A stretch of DNA of 64,000 nt from an uncultured virus (IMG/VR IMGVR_UViG_3300002460_002270) (IMGVR_UViG_3300002460_002270); one strand, 5' to 3'; positions 16,262 through 25,115 are shown, counted from the first letter of the stretch. A program made the numbers and translations. The notes: a model not told the origin generated them from the sequence alone.

Positions 16262-16332
16262 TGCTCCTTAGGCTAATGGGAAACCACTCGGTTCTGACCC
16301 GAGCATTGTGTGTTCGAGTCACACAGGAGCAA
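16262..16332 (+). tRNA. tRNA-Gln(CTG)
   Basis: TGCTCCT/AGGAGCA; CTCGG-TTCTGAC-CCGAG. Confidence 0.85.
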
Positions 16333-16337
16333 TCTAT

Positions 16338-16410
16338 TGTCCCGAAGAGCAAACGGCTGCGCCGGCGCGCTTTGAACGCGCTGTAGTGGGTTCGACCCCC
16401 ACCGGGACCA
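16338..16410 (+). tRNA. tRNA-Gln(TTG)
   Basis: GCGCG-CTTTGAA-CGCGC; GTGGG-TTCGACC-CCCAC. Confidence 0.8.
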
Positions 16411-16414
16411 TCAC

Positions 16415-16486
16415 GCTCGCATCGTTCACTGGTTAGGACCGCACTCTTTCAAAGTGCAGAATGGGGTTCAATTCCCCATGCGAGCA
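16415..16486 (+). tRNA. tRNA-Glu(TTC)
   Basis: GCACT-CTTTCAA-AGTGC. Confidence 0.9.
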
Positions 16487-16492
16487 TGCTTT

Positions 16493-16564
16493 CTAGCTGT
16501 CGTCCAGTAGCAGGATGCCCGGTCGGGATCCGGGTGGTCGCAGGTGCAAATCCTGCCAGCTAGA
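16493..16564 (+). tRNA. tRNA-Pro(GGG)
   Basis: CTAGCTG/CAGCTAG-A; CCCGG-TCGGGAT-CCGGG (C33). Confidence 0.85.
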
Positions 16565-16568
16565 CCAC

Positions 16569-16642
16569 GCGAGCATGGTAGAGATAGTTCTGAACGTCGG
16601 TCTGATAAACCGAAGAGCCAGGGGCAGTGCCTGGTGCTCGCA
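16569..16642 (+). tRNA. tRNA-Ile(GAT)
   Basis: TCGGT-CTGATAA-ACCGA; T-loop GGCAGTG. Confidence 0.8.
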
Positions 16643-16670
16643 CTCAATGATAGTAGTTATAATCTAGTAA

Positions 16671-16743
16671 CCGACGTGCGCGGCTAGTTGCTCGGCAGAG
16701 TCTTATAAACTCTAGCGGTTGTGGGCAGAACACAGACGTCGGA
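16671..16743 (+). tRNA. tRNA-Ile(TAT)
   Basis: CCGACGT/ACGTCGG-A; AGAGT-CTTATAA-ACTCT; T-loop GGCAGAA. Confidence 0.7.
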
Positions 16744-16744
16744 T

Positions 16745-16823
16745 CGCGGGATCGACTGGAGTTGGTGCCAGCACTAGTCTCATAAGCTAGGTAATAACGT
16801 GGGTTCGAGTCCCACTCCCGCAA
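16745..16823 (+). tRNA. tRNA-Met(CAT), initiator-like
   Basis: CGCGGGA/TCCCGCA with C1xA72 mismatch; loop CTCATAA. Confidence 0.8.
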
Positions 16824-16825
16824 TC

Positions 16826-17089
16826 ATGCGACCCAAACGATACGCGGAAAGAGGTGAGATTACGTTACGTGTTGAACCGAATGACACACCATTTGTGGGT
16901 CCTCCCCTAAAGTCTTTCGGTGTCTACAACCCGTCATACAGCATAATCTATTACGAGGGTGAGTTCTACAACTCACTGATGCTGAGGCCCTCACATGCCG
17001 TCTTCGGCGTCGTGGCCTGGGAGCTCAATCCCAAGAAGAGGATCAGACGCAGGACGATACGCACACGGCCTCAGCATGATGATGATTGA
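16826..17089 (+). CDS. hypothetical protein
   Basis: 87-aa ORF between tRNAs. Confidence 0.45.
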   Translation: MRPKRYAERGEITLRVEPNDTPFVGPPLKSFGVYNPSYSIIYYEGEFYNSLMLRPSHAVFGVVAWELNPKKRIRRRTIRTRPQHDDD

Positions 17090-17154
17090 CGGTGTCTGTT
17101 GGATGACGGGTGTTCACATTGAGCATAACGTTCATTACGTCCGTCATCCGTCAT

Positions 17155-17242
17155 GGAGAGTTGACCGAACGGCAAGGTGGCGGCCTCGAAAGCCGATGCT
17201 GCGCCTAGCAGGCGCATGGGGGTTCAAGTCCCTCGCTCTCCG
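17155..17242 (+). tRNA. tRNA-Ser(CGA)
   Basis: CGGC-CTCGAAA-GCCG; long variable arm. Confidence 0.9.
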
Positions 17243-17255
17243 TTAGAATGATGTA

Positions 17256-17285
17256 GTGTAAAATGGATGATGCGTGTGTTATGAT
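17256..17285 (+). promoter_or_regulatory. class-A promoter GTGTAA-N18-TATGAT
   Basis: Recurrent motif and spacing. Confidence 0.6.
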
Positions 17286-17294
17286 GAAACCAGA

Positions 17295-17507
17295 ATGAGG
17301 TTTCTTGTTGCGATTGCTGCCATCTTCATGTTATTTAGCTGTGCAGATGATGTCACGCTTAAGCTATGGCAAAAGTGTGAAAGCATCTGCAGTATAGAGA
17401 GCAAGATTCAATCTGTCACATGCAGCCACTGGGATGAGCGTTGTCGATGTCAATGTGCCAGCGGCGAGAAGTTTGCATTTCCGCGTAAACAAGCTAGGAC
17501 GAACTGA
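17295..17507 (+). CDS. small Cys-rich lipoprotein
   Basis: Signal peptide with LFSC lipobox-like motif. Confidence 0.55.
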   Translation: MRFLVAIAAIFMLFSCADDVTLKLWQKCESICSIESKIQSVTCSHWDERCRCQCASGEKFAFPRKQARTN

Positions 17508-17509
17508 TC

Positions 17510-18337
17510 ATGCCTGAGGGACCAGAAGTCAGGGTCACGACCGACTCACTTCGAAAGAGGATGGTGGATCGCCTGCTCTGTGGCGCGACCGCTGCATCAG
17601 GCCGCTATGTCACGCATGGCCCACCCAAGGGTTGGGACGTTCTCCACAAGAGGCTTCCCATGTCAATCACACAGGTGGGCTGCAAGGGAAAGTTCATCTA
17701 CATCCTACTCGAAGACGGCTCAAGCGTCTGGAACACGCTGGGTATGACAGGGAGATGGGCGTTGAGACGCAGCGAGCATACACGCGTCACCTTCATCCTC
17801 CGTGATGATGAGGATGACGAGAAGGGGACATTGCTGCACTTCGAGGACGCACGGAACTTCGGCACGTTGCGATTTGTGACAACCCATGATAGGCTTGACA
17901 AGAGGCTCGCGCTGCTGGGCCCTGACCCATTGGAGGAGAATGTCAACAAGTACGTCTTCAAGAAGCTCCTCAAGGAGACCAGGAACGTCAAGAGGACGTT
18001 GGCTGAGGTGCTGATGGACCAGAGGGTGCTGTCGGGCGTAGGGAACTACATCAAGTCTGAGTCACTCTATCAGGCCCTCCTGAGCCCATTCAGGACCTGT
18101 GGGTCGCTCGATGATGACGACGCCTACAGGCTGCACAAGGCCGTAATGGATGTGATGCAGACGTCCTACAAGGCGCAGGGGATGACGTTCAAGGACTTTA
18201 GGAATGTGGACGGTGAGAAGGGCATGTTTCGCTGCGTTGTCTACGGGCGGAAGCATGACATCATGAAGAATGAGGTGGTCAGTGTTGAGACGCCCGATGG
18301 AAGAACGACGTGGTGGGTGCCGAGCGTGCAGAAGTGA
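17510..18337 (+). CDS. Fpg/Nei-family DNA glycosylase/AP lyase (zinc-less finger)
   Basis: MPEGPEV, KGK, LGMTG, DARNFG, LGPD, GVGNY; C-terminal GRTTWWVP without a four-Cys finger. Confidence 0.9.
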   Translation: MPEGPEVRVTTDSLRKRMVDRLLCGATAASGRYVTHGPPKGWDVLHKRLPMSITQVGCKGKFIYILLEDGSSVWNTLGMTGRWALRRSEHTRVTFILRDDEDDEKGTLLHFEDARNFGTLRFVTTHDRLDKRLALLGPDPLEENVNKYVFKKLLKETRNVKRTLAEVLMDQRVLSGVGNYIKSESLYQALLSPFRTCGSLDDDDAYRLHKAVMDVMQTSYKAQGMTFKDFRNVDGEKGMFRCVVYGRKHDIMKNEVVSVETPDGRTTWWVPSVQK

Positions 18338-18353
18338 TGATGTATGTGAATTT

Positions 18354-18439
18354 GGAGGGTGCCACTAAGTGGTAGGTAACGGGCCTTGAAAGCCCGGGGA
18401 ACGTGATGAGCGTTCGGGGTTCGACTCCTCCACCCTCCG
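18354..18439 (+). tRNA. tRNA-Ser(TGA)
   Basis: CGGGC-CTTGAAA-GCCCG; long variable arm. Confidence 0.9.
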
Positions 18440-18532
18440 TAAGACGTTTCGCACACTGCATGATATTGAGGGAACAAGATGACGTAGGTAGCAATTGATT
18501 GGAAGATGGGCCTGCCCATCTGTGAGAATGAC

Positions 18533-18883
18533 ATGGCAGAGAAGCAGTTGAAGATGTATATCTTAGTTCGAGAGTCGATCCCGTTAGGATTAGGCGTAAA
18601 CTCCGTGGGACACACGGCGTTGGCGACGTATCTCAGGTTCAAGGACGACCCTGAGACGCAAGCATGGGTGACCAGCAGGCACTTCAAGAAGGTGACATGC
18701 GTTGTCTCAGACGAAGAGTTTGAGAGAGCCAAGACGTTTGAAGACTGCGTCGTCATGACTGAGAACGCTATTGGAGACGCTGAGGTCGCTTTGGGGTTCA
18801 AGCCGCGAGAGAGGTGGCCAGGGTTCTTTCGGGCGCTGCGGCTGTTCGGAAGTCATCTAAGTTTACAGGAGAAGCATGACTAG
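18533..18883 (+). CDS. peptidyl-tRNA hydrolase II (Pth2)-like protein
   Basis: KMYILVR...GHTA...W...FKKVTC...ALGFKPR...LRL pattern. Confidence 0.7.
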   Translation: MAEKQLKMYILVRESIPLGLGVNSVGHTALATYLRFKDDPETQAWVTSRHFKKVTCVVSDEEFERAKTFEDCVVMTENAIGDAEVALGFKPRERWPGFFRALRLFGSHLSLQEKHD

Positions 18884-18938
18884 CACATGCGCCTCTCTCA
18901 TAAGGAGGAGAAAGCGGGGGCAGCACCCGCTCCAGGTA
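18864..18938 (+). tRNA. tRNA with CAT anticodon (Met/Ile2), defective acceptor stem
   Basis: CCTCT-CTCATAA-GGAGG; T-loop GGCAGCA; TACAGGA/TCCAGGT pairs only 4 of 7; overlaps Pth2 ORF end. Confidence 0.55.
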
Positions 18939-18950
18939 TGGTCTAATCAC

Positions 18951-19021
18951 GCCCGCATAGTTCAAGGGTAGAACAAGCGTCTCGTAAGCGCTAGATGCCA
19001 GCTCAAGTCTGGCTGTGGGCT
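18951..19021 (+). tRNA. tRNA-Thr(CGT)
   Basis: AGCGT-CTCGTAA-GCGCT. Confidence 0.85.
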
Positions 19022-19025
19022 CTAT

Positions 19026-19105
19026 GCTGCTGTGGTCTAATGGATGGGCACCCGGCTTCTAACCGGGTGATAAACATGTGGGTTCGATTCCTACCAGCAG
19101 CGCCA
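19026..19105 (+). tRNA. tRNA-Arg(TCT) with encoded CCA
   Basis: CCCGG-CTTCTAA-CCGGG; ends GCCA. Confidence 0.85.
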
Positions 19106-19135
19106 ACCCTAATTGAGTGGATGATAGTTATGAAC

Positions 19136-19669
19136 GTGGACAGCCTTCGAAGCTACATCCGTCTTGTGCTAGAGGATACTGACGGCTCATTCCTGTCAGA
19201 CGGTGTCATCCGCAAGCTCATCTCACTCTATGCAAGCAAACCCGGAGGACAGCCAGACTTGAACTGGCATCACGTCTCATTCTCAGCATCCTCAAAACGA
19301 GGTCCCTGGGGAAACGTGGGAGGCATGTACGTCCCTGAAGATGTCACGCTGCTGATAAATAGCGACACACGAGGTGACATGCGAAAGAAGGTCAGGGACG
19401 TTCTCCATGAGATAGCCCACTACAACCAGCACATGGCCTGGAATGAGGATGATAAGGCACGCTTTGCATGGGTCAAAGGCCGTGGACTGCCTCCTGGGCG
19501 GGATAGTTATGACGTCTACGACATCTCATACGAGGAGATAGCAAGGTTCTGGAGGTCAAAGTACGGCTATCGTGACGCGCCACATGAGGTTGAGGCCAGG
19601 ACATTTGCGGACGCAAACCTAAGAGCTGCGATGGATGCGATAGCAGATGTCATCCAGGTCGCAGCATAA
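19136..19669 (+). CDS. putative Zn metallopeptidase-like (HExxH) protein
   Basis: LHEIAHYNQH...PHEVEAR; N-terminal SLRSYIRLVLE; TAGTTA 5 nt upstream. Confidence 0.6.
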   Translation: MDSLRSYIRLVLEDTDGSFLSDGVIRKLISLYASKPGGQPDLNWHHVSFSASSKRGPWGNVGGMYVPEDVTLLINSDTRGDMRKKVRDVLHEIAHYNQHMAWNEDDKARFAWVKGRGLPPGRDSYDVYDISYEEIARFWRSKYGYRDAPHEVEARTFADANLRAAMDAIADVIQVAA

Positions 19670-19672
19670 TAC

Positions 19673-19744
19673 GCTATCATAGCTCAAAGGATAGAGCACT
19701 CCCCCGGTACGGGAGCGATATGGGTTCAATTCCCGTTGTTAGCT
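19673..19744 (+). tRNA. tRNA-Thr(GGT)
   Basis: CTCCC-CCGGTAC-GGGAG (C33). Confidence 0.85.
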
Positions 19745-19750
19745 CTTTCT

Positions 19751-19780
19751 GTGTAAAGGTCATCACCATATTGGTATGAT
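19751..19780 (+). promoter_or_regulatory. class-A promoter GTGTAA-N18-TATGAT
   Basis: tRNA-Arg starts 7 nt after the -10 box. Confidence 0.6.
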
Positions 19781-19787
19781 AGACCAT

Positions 19788-19860
19788 GCTCCTGTAGCCT
19801 AGTAGATGAGGCACACGCCTCCTAAGCGTGTTTACGTGGGTGCAATTCCTACCAGGAGCA
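19788..19860 (+). tRNA. tRNA-Arg(CCT)
   Basis: CACGC-CTCCTAA-GCGTG. Confidence 0.85.
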
Positions 19861-19863
19861 TTT

Positions 19864-19939
19864 GGCCCTGTGGTGTAAGTTGGCTAACACGTCGGTCCCT
19901 CAAACCGAAGACGTGCGGGTTCGAGTCCCGCCAGGGTCA
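19864..19939 (+). tRNA. tRNA-Glu(CTC)
   Basis: TCGGT-CCCTCAA-ACCGA (C33). Confidence 0.85.
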
Positions 19940-20157
19940 TGGAAGGAGAACTACAGATGGGTCTTGTTGAGGCAAAGAGGATGTTCATCTTGAGGTTCAG
20001 CGTAGACCGCCCTGGGCTTGCGGTCGGTGTGGGAGGAGACAGGACAAACCCGACGATCGAGGTCAGGGGCAGAAAGGAAGCTGACCTCATCGACATCCCG
20101 GATGAGTTCCAGGGGTTTGTCGTGAACAAGGCTGTCGTGAGAGCCAAGGCTCTCTAG
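19939..20157 (+). CDS. hypothetical protein
   Basis: Likely start at the second ATG after GGAGAA. Confidence 0.5.
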   Translation: MEGELQMGLVEAKRMFILRFSVDRPGLAVGVGGDRTNPTIEVRGRKEADLIDIPDEFQGFVVNKAVVRAKAL

Positions 20158-20164
20158 AGCTATA

Positions 20165-20237
20165 GATGCCGTGGCTCGAATAGTTAGGCGCGTGCCTGCA
20201 AAGCACGTCCATGCGGGTGCAAGTCCCGTCGGCATCT
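20165..20237 (+). tRNA. tRNA-Cys(GCA)
   Basis: GATGCCG/CGGCATC-T; CGTGC-CTGCAAA-GCACG. Confidence 0.85.
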
Positions 20238-20276
20238 TTGCGCAGATAGTCTGCGCAGCATCGGAGCTGTGGATTT

Positions 20277-21005
20277 ATGAGAAATGACATGAGACACGTC
20301 GCGATCGACAGGCCCCGCTATAGGGGCTTCGGTGAGCCGCGGCTCATGCGTGAGCACAACGTCCACGCGACTGTCAAGAAGGACCCAGACTCGCTTCCTA
20401 AGCAGGGGAAGATGAGCATGGGCTACGGATCGAAGGAGCTCAGCGACAACATCAAACCCCTTGAACGCTTCCTGAGGAAGCAGGTAGGTCGTCAATGGGA
20501 TGCCGTCTGGTCAGAGATAAGCAGGGAGTGCCCTGCGGACGGCGTCATGCAGCAACACATCAGGGACCACGTCGTCAGGATGGTTGAGACGAACGTGAGG
20601 CTCATCGACGGCATTCCCTGCGTCCTCAACTACATGACACGCGGGTGGAAGCCCGTCCAGAACAACTACTGGGACCAGCTCTACGTGTGCCCTAAGACAG
20701 GTCAGCTGCGCTCTGCAAAGAAGAAGACACATTCGAAGAGACAGAGGACGCGGCCCATCTGGATATGTAAGGACTCACAGGCGCACATGATCGATGGACA
20801 GTGGTATGAGGTCCGTGTGGCCAAGATATCAAAGACATATGATGGTGAGCTGAGAATGGTCATTGACGTCATCCATGGTAGCATGCTGCGAAACTACGAC
20901 ATAAAGCACAGGCTTGAGAAGACGTACGGTGACAGCGACCTGTTCGGTGTCTCAAAGCGTCAGCTGTCGAAGCGTGAACTGAAGAAGTTGGGATTGAAGC
21001 GATGA
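20277..21005 (+). CDS. basic hypothetical protein
   Basis: 242 aa, GGAG SD; DNIKPLERFLRKQVGRQWDAVWSEI segment. Confidence 0.7.
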   Translation: MRNDMRHVAIDRPRYRGFGEPRLMREHNVHATVKKDPDSLPKQGKMSMGYGSKELSDNIKPLERFLRKQVGRQWDAVWSEISRECPADGVMQQHIRDHVVRMVETNVRLIDGIPCVLNYMTRGWKPVQNNYWDQLYVCPKTGQLRSAKKKTHSKRQRTRPIWICKDSQAHMIDGQWYEVRVAKISKTYDGELRMVIDVIHGSMLRNYDIKHRLEKTYGDSDLFGVSKRQLSKRELKKLGLKR

Positions 21006-21586
21006 CATCGCCCTACAAGACGTGGTTTAGTGCGGATCTACACCTGGGACACAAGCGGATTATTGAGTTCTGTAAGCGTCCGTTCTCATCTGTCGAAGAG
21101 ATGGATGAGATGCTTGTGAAGAACTGGAATGACAGGGTCCAGCACGATGACAGCGTCTACATCCTGGGAGATGTATCATTCCACCGCCCACAAAAGACGC
21201 TATCACTGTTGAAGCGTCTCAACGGCATGCTACACCTCGTCACGGGCAACCATGATTGGAAAGGGCTGATGCGCTCTGACGAGTGCAGGAGTGAGTTTGA
21301 ATGGACCAAGGACGTCCATCGACTGGTGGTGCAGGACAAGGATGCACAGAGGGGCTCACAGGAGATTACACTGTGCCACTTTCCGTGGCTCGTCTGGAAC
21401 AAGTCACATCATGGGACGTGGATGCTGCATGGACACAGCCATGGAAACCTGCCTGATGACCCAAGAGCCCTGCGCATCGACGTGGGCGTAGACTGTCACA
21501 GCTACGCGCCCGTCTCATACTCCGACGTCAAGCGCTTGATGGCAAAGAAGACGTTTAAGCCCATTGACCACCATGGCGCTGATTAG
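21002..21586 (+). CDS. calcineurin-like metallophosphoesterase
   Basis: DLHLGH, LGD, GNHD, HGHSH, DVGVD. Confidence 0.9.
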   Translation: MTSPYKTWFSADLHLGHKRIIEFCKRPFSSVEEMDEMLVKNWNDRVQHDDSVYILGDVSFHRPQKTLSLLKRLNGMLHLVTGNHDWKGLMRSDECRSEFEWTKDVHRLVVQDKDAQRGSQEITLCHFPWLVWNKSHHGTWMLHGHSHGNLPDDPRALRIDVGVDCHSYAPVSYSDVKRLMAKKTFKPIDHHGAD

Positions 21587-21599
21587 ACTAAGGGGAAAG

Positions 21600-22256
21600 A
21601 TGATGGCTGAACATCTGATCACGGCAGCGACGCAGTTCGTAATCGAACACCACGGAGAGCAGAAGTACGGACGCAAGCCATATTACTCGCACCTCATGGA
21701 TGTTGTGGGCGCGTTGAAGCGCTTTGTCGATTGGGACGAGCTTGAGCAGGAGCTCATCGATGCCGCCTGGCTTCATGATGTCGTGGAGGACACGGACGTG
21801 TCGTCTGACGATGTATTCAGGACCTTCGGCACCCGTGTCGGCGCGCTCGTCAAGGCTGTCACGAATGAGCAGGGTGCCAACCGCAAGGAGCGTCATCTAA
21901 AGACGTATCCGAAGATCCGTGATACGTATCGTGCCATCGTTCTCAAGCTTGCCGATCGCATTGCCAACGTTGAGAACTGTGTGAGCCGCGATAGGTTCGG
22001 TAGGCCACCCAAGGGCCTCTTCTGGATGTATGTCAAGGACCATGACTTCTTTGTCGAGCAATTGCGGGGCAGGTGCAGTGGTGAGGATGAGACGACTGAG
22101 ATGATGTGGCGCTACCTCGATGAGCTTATGATCGAGGGGAAGCAGAAGGACCTCAAGATAAAGACGCAGCGCCAGAGCAATGAGAAGGAACGCGATCTAG
22201 CCAGGCGTCAGGCCCGCACTGAAAAGGAGATGGCATGGAGAGGAGAGGTTGAGTGA
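21600..22256 (+). CDS. HD-domain hydrolase, RelA/SpoT-hydrolase (MESH1-like) type
   Basis: PYYSHL, AAWLHDVVEDT, FG..V..LV..VT, KLADRIAN. Confidence 0.85.
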   Translation: MMAEHLITAATQFVIEHHGEQKYGRKPYYSHLMDVVGALKRFVDWDELEQELIDAAWLHDVVEDTDVSSDDVFRTFGTRVGALVKAVTNEQGANRKERHLKTYPKIRDTYRAIVLKLADRIANVENCVSRDRFGRPPKGLFWMYVKDHDFFVEQLRGRCSGEDETTEMMWRYLDELMIEGKQKDLKIKTQRQSNEKERDLARRQARTEKEMAWRGEVE

Positions 22257-22498
22257 TGAACATCAGATACGTAATGAGAGTAGTGACGCTGCCCATCTAC
22301 CTCATCGCACTCTGTCTGATCGTCCCAACACTTCTGCTAGTTGAGCGGCTATATGACATCATCCCTGAACGACACCATATCATACTCAGCGGCATCGAAG
22401 AGATAGTAGCAGCCCCAGGTATGCTGTTCCTCATGCTTGCCGCTGCCCTAGACTACACCGCAGGGCTCATTCCTCTCTTTGGGATATCAATAGCATGA
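22253..22498 (+). CDS. small membrane protein
   Basis: Two hydrophobic segments. Confidence 0.5.
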   Translation: MMNIRYVMRVVTLPIYLIALCLIVPTLLLVERLYDIIPERHHIILSGIEEIVAAPGMLFLMLAAALDYTAGLIPLFGISIA

Positions 22499-23109
22499 AG
22501 CAGTATCCCTCCATCAGCCCTGTCATCGATGGGTCTGTCCCGATCATAGCATTCGACAAGCTCGATGGTTCAAACATCCGCGCAGAATGGAGCAGAAAGC
22601 GAAAGTGCTTCTACAAGTTTGGGCGTCGTAACGGGCTGCTGGATGGGACGAACCCGTTGCTGCTGAGGGCTGAGCCGTTGATACGGGACTCATATGAGGA
22701 CAGCCTTAGGCGCATTCTGACGGATATGAAGTGTGAACGCGCCGTCTGCTTCTTTGAGTTCTACGGCCCACGGTCATTTGCGGGCAACCATCATGAAGAC
22801 GATGAGCACAAGGTGACGCTGTTCGATGTCAGCATCCATAAGCAAGGGATGCTGTCACCATCAGAGTTTATCAGGCTGTTCGGTGATGTGGGAATTCCGG
22901 GTGTCCTATACAAGGGCGTGGTGGACCATGAGATTAAGACGCTTGTTCACACCAGTCTGTTGCCCGGTGTGACGTTTGAGGGCGTTGTGTGCAAGTCGAA
23001 CGTTGTGCGAAAGGGCCAGCCCGTGATGTTCAAGGTCAAGAGCGACGCATGGCTTGAGCGTCTCAAGGGAACATGTATGAGCGACGAGGAGTTCCTTCAG
23101 AGGGCCTAA
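22495..23109 (+). CDS. RNA ligase-like nucleotidyltransferase
   Basis: FDKLDGSN, FEFYG, LFDV, EGVVCK, FKVKS. Confidence 0.75.
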   Translation: MKQYPSISPVIDGSVPIIAFDKLDGSNIRAEWSRKRKCFYKFGRRNGLLDGTNPLLLRAEPLIRDSYEDSLRRILTDMKCERAVCFFEFYGPRSFAGNHHEDDEHKVTLFDVSIHKQGMLSPSEFIRLFGDVGIPGVLYKGVVDHEIKTLVHTSLLPGVTFEGVVCKSNVVRKGQPVMFKVKSDAWLERLKGTCMSDEEFLQRA

Positions 23110-23121
23110 TTAGCTAGGACA

Positions 23122-23727
23122 GTGGCAGTCCTGCATAGACATACGCTAGGGAATGTCTTCCTGCTGCAAGTGGATGCTAATCCGAACGGATCGATCAATG
23201 CAGCTCTCGGATCGCTTGCGACAGACTCAACGAATGGAAAGCTCTACATCAACACAGACGGCGTCACGACGTGGGTGGAGCTAGGTGCTGCAAGCTCGTC
23301 TGGGGCCTCTGTGCTTGGAGATAATCATTACTACATTGATGCTGGCGCAAGCAGCGTCGTTACTGCTAATATATACACTGCTATTGGTATCATCACGACT
23401 GATCTGCTAGACCAGACTGAATCGGGAGCATACGCGTTGTTCATCTCGTGGAAGCTTTTATGCAACACTGGAACAGGTTTGCCGACAGTCAGAGTACGCG
23501 TGGTCAATAACGGTTCTGTAAATGCGACAACGATATACGCACTTGAGCTCAATAATCAATCGGGAACATCAGGCGCTAGCTATGCTGATTCATTCATTGT
23601 GCAGATCCAACTCAAACCTGGTAGCAACACAATCATATTAGAACATACTAACGCATCAACAACAAACCAAAAGACAATAGCGGTAGCTGCAATTGAGCTA
23701 TTCCAGATCGCTGGGGGTCCAGCATGA
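23122..23727 (+). CDS. putative virion/fibre protein
   Basis: GSLATDSTNGKLYINTDG..W motif; beta-rich composition. Confidence 0.5.
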   Translation: MAVLHRHTLGNVFLLQVDANPNGSINAALGSLATDSTNGKLYINTDGVTTWVELGAASSSGASVLGDNHYYIDAGASSVVTANIYTAIGIITTDLLDQTESGAYALFISWKLLCNTGTGLPTVRVRVVNNGSVNATTIYALELNNQSGTSGASYADSFIVQIQLKPGSNTIILEHTNASTTNQKTIAVAAIELFQIAGGPA

Positions 23728-24500
23728 CATATGGCAGCAGCTTTCACTATGCTGAGGACAACACTCAGTCAACTACTACATCATCTACATACCAAGAGAA
23801 ACTTAAGCTAACGACTGACTCAATCGCTGCAGGCAGCTACATCATCTTCTATATGGCTAGCTGGGGTGTCAATAGCACAACACAATCGATTCGCATGTTG
23901 TATCGCGTTCAGGTCGATGATACGACTGACCTCATAGAGCTCAGCATGCCAGGACATGCTGGAACGACTGACTCAGGTACGCCCAGGGCATTCGGCGGGT
24001 TTAAGACTGTCGAGCTAACAGCCGGTGTGCACACAATCGACATTGATTTCGCGAACACGAATGGCTCAACGACAGTTAGAATCAATAACGCAAGGTTAAT
24101 GTTATGGAGCGTAGATGGAGGGACATCAGTCTCACCATTCGGAGACTCGTTCAGGATGCTGGTGCGCGGAGAGTCTTCTGCAGGGTTTAGCACTGTCAAC
24201 ACAGACCTCATCGCTAACCTAGCAGCAACGGGTGATTATGTTGCGATGTGGTCATATCCCATCAGAAACACGGGCACATCTACGCTGCGCGTGAGACATG
24301 TGGAGTCTGTCACTGACCTCATACTAGATAGCACTCTTGCATCTGGAGGCGGTGTCGTGATAGGAAGATCAAAGCTAGGGTTCATAAAGCTAGATAGCCT
24401 CGTTTCAGGAACGCAAACAATTGCACTACAGGCAGCTACAGGTTCAATTACATTTGACCCTAATGACATTGTGTCAATGCAGATATTTAGGGTCGCGTAG
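23724..24500 (+). CDS. putative virion/fibre protein
   Basis: Thr/Ser-rich; LTAGVHTIDIDF beta-sandwich-like motif. Confidence 0.5.
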   Translation: MTYGSSFHYAEDNTQSTTTSSTYQEKLKLTTDSIAAGSYIIFYMASWGVNSTTQSIRMLYRVQVDDTTDLIELSMPGHAGTTDSGTPRAFGGFKTVELTAGVHTIDIDFANTNGSTTVRINNARLMLWSVDGGTSVSPFGDSFRMLVRGESSAGFSTVNTDLIANLAATGDYVAMWSYPIRNTGTSTLRVRHVESVTDLILDSTLASGGGVVIGRSKLGFIKLDSLVSGTQTIALQAATGSITFDPNDIVSMQIFRVA

Positions 24501-24509
24501 GATCGTCAC

Positions 24510-24791
24510 ATGAGCACGTACGATATATCATATGACACAAGGACGAGCTTTCAAGCTGTCACGAGGACCAGAGAGAACGTCCGCATCTCAACCATCCTTG
24601 ACATTGAAAAGCTTCACAATGAGATATCAAGCAGCAGAGATTTTTCAACGCAGTTCTTGGGTGTGACAAATCATGAGGGCCGTGATAGATGCTTGATATT
24701 ATTTGTGACAGACATATCTTCAAGTGAACGCACGGCCCTAGACATGATAGTCTCTTCCTACGAAGAACCTGAACCATCTGGTTCACGCTAA
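24510..24791 (+). CDS. hypothetical protein
   Basis: 93 aa; in frame after the TAG of the previous gene. Confidence 0.5.
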   Translation: MSTYDISYDTRTSFQAVTRTRENVRISTILDIEKLHNEISSSRDFSTQFLGVTNHEGRDRCLILFVTDISSSERTALDMIVSSYEEPEPSGSR

Positions 24792-24800
24792 AAAAATCGC

Positions 24801-25115
24801 ATGTCAAAAGCAAAACTCAAGAGATTGCGGCAGCAATTTAGGAATGATGTGTTTCAGCGCGATGAGAACAGGTGCGTCATCTGTTCTGCACCTGCCATCG
24901 ATGCACACCATATCACAAGTAGGAATGACATGCCCAACGGTGGCTACACCAATAAGAACGGTGCCAGCCTATGTTCCGCATGCCACATCAAGGCAGAGGG
25001 CTGGCTCAACGGTGAGAGATTGGATGAGAAGTATTCACCAGTGTCGTTGTATGCTGCCATCGGCTCATCTTATGATGATGCCCTTAGGGCTTCAGGGGCA
25101 CTAAGCAATGAATGA
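24801..25115 (+). CDS. small HNH endonuclease
   Basis: RD..RCVIC...DAHHI...NGASLCSACH. Confidence 0.8.
   Translation: MSKAKLKRLRQQFRNDVFQRDENRCVICSAPAIDAHHITSRNDMPNGGYTNKNGASLCSACHIKAEGWLNGERLDEKYSPVSLYAAIGSSYDDALRASGALSNE

Noticed and set aside
19026..19105. Reading loop CTTCTAA as a CTA amber anticodon
   Set aside because: The 5-bp stem CCCGG/CCGGG places TCT at positions 34-36.
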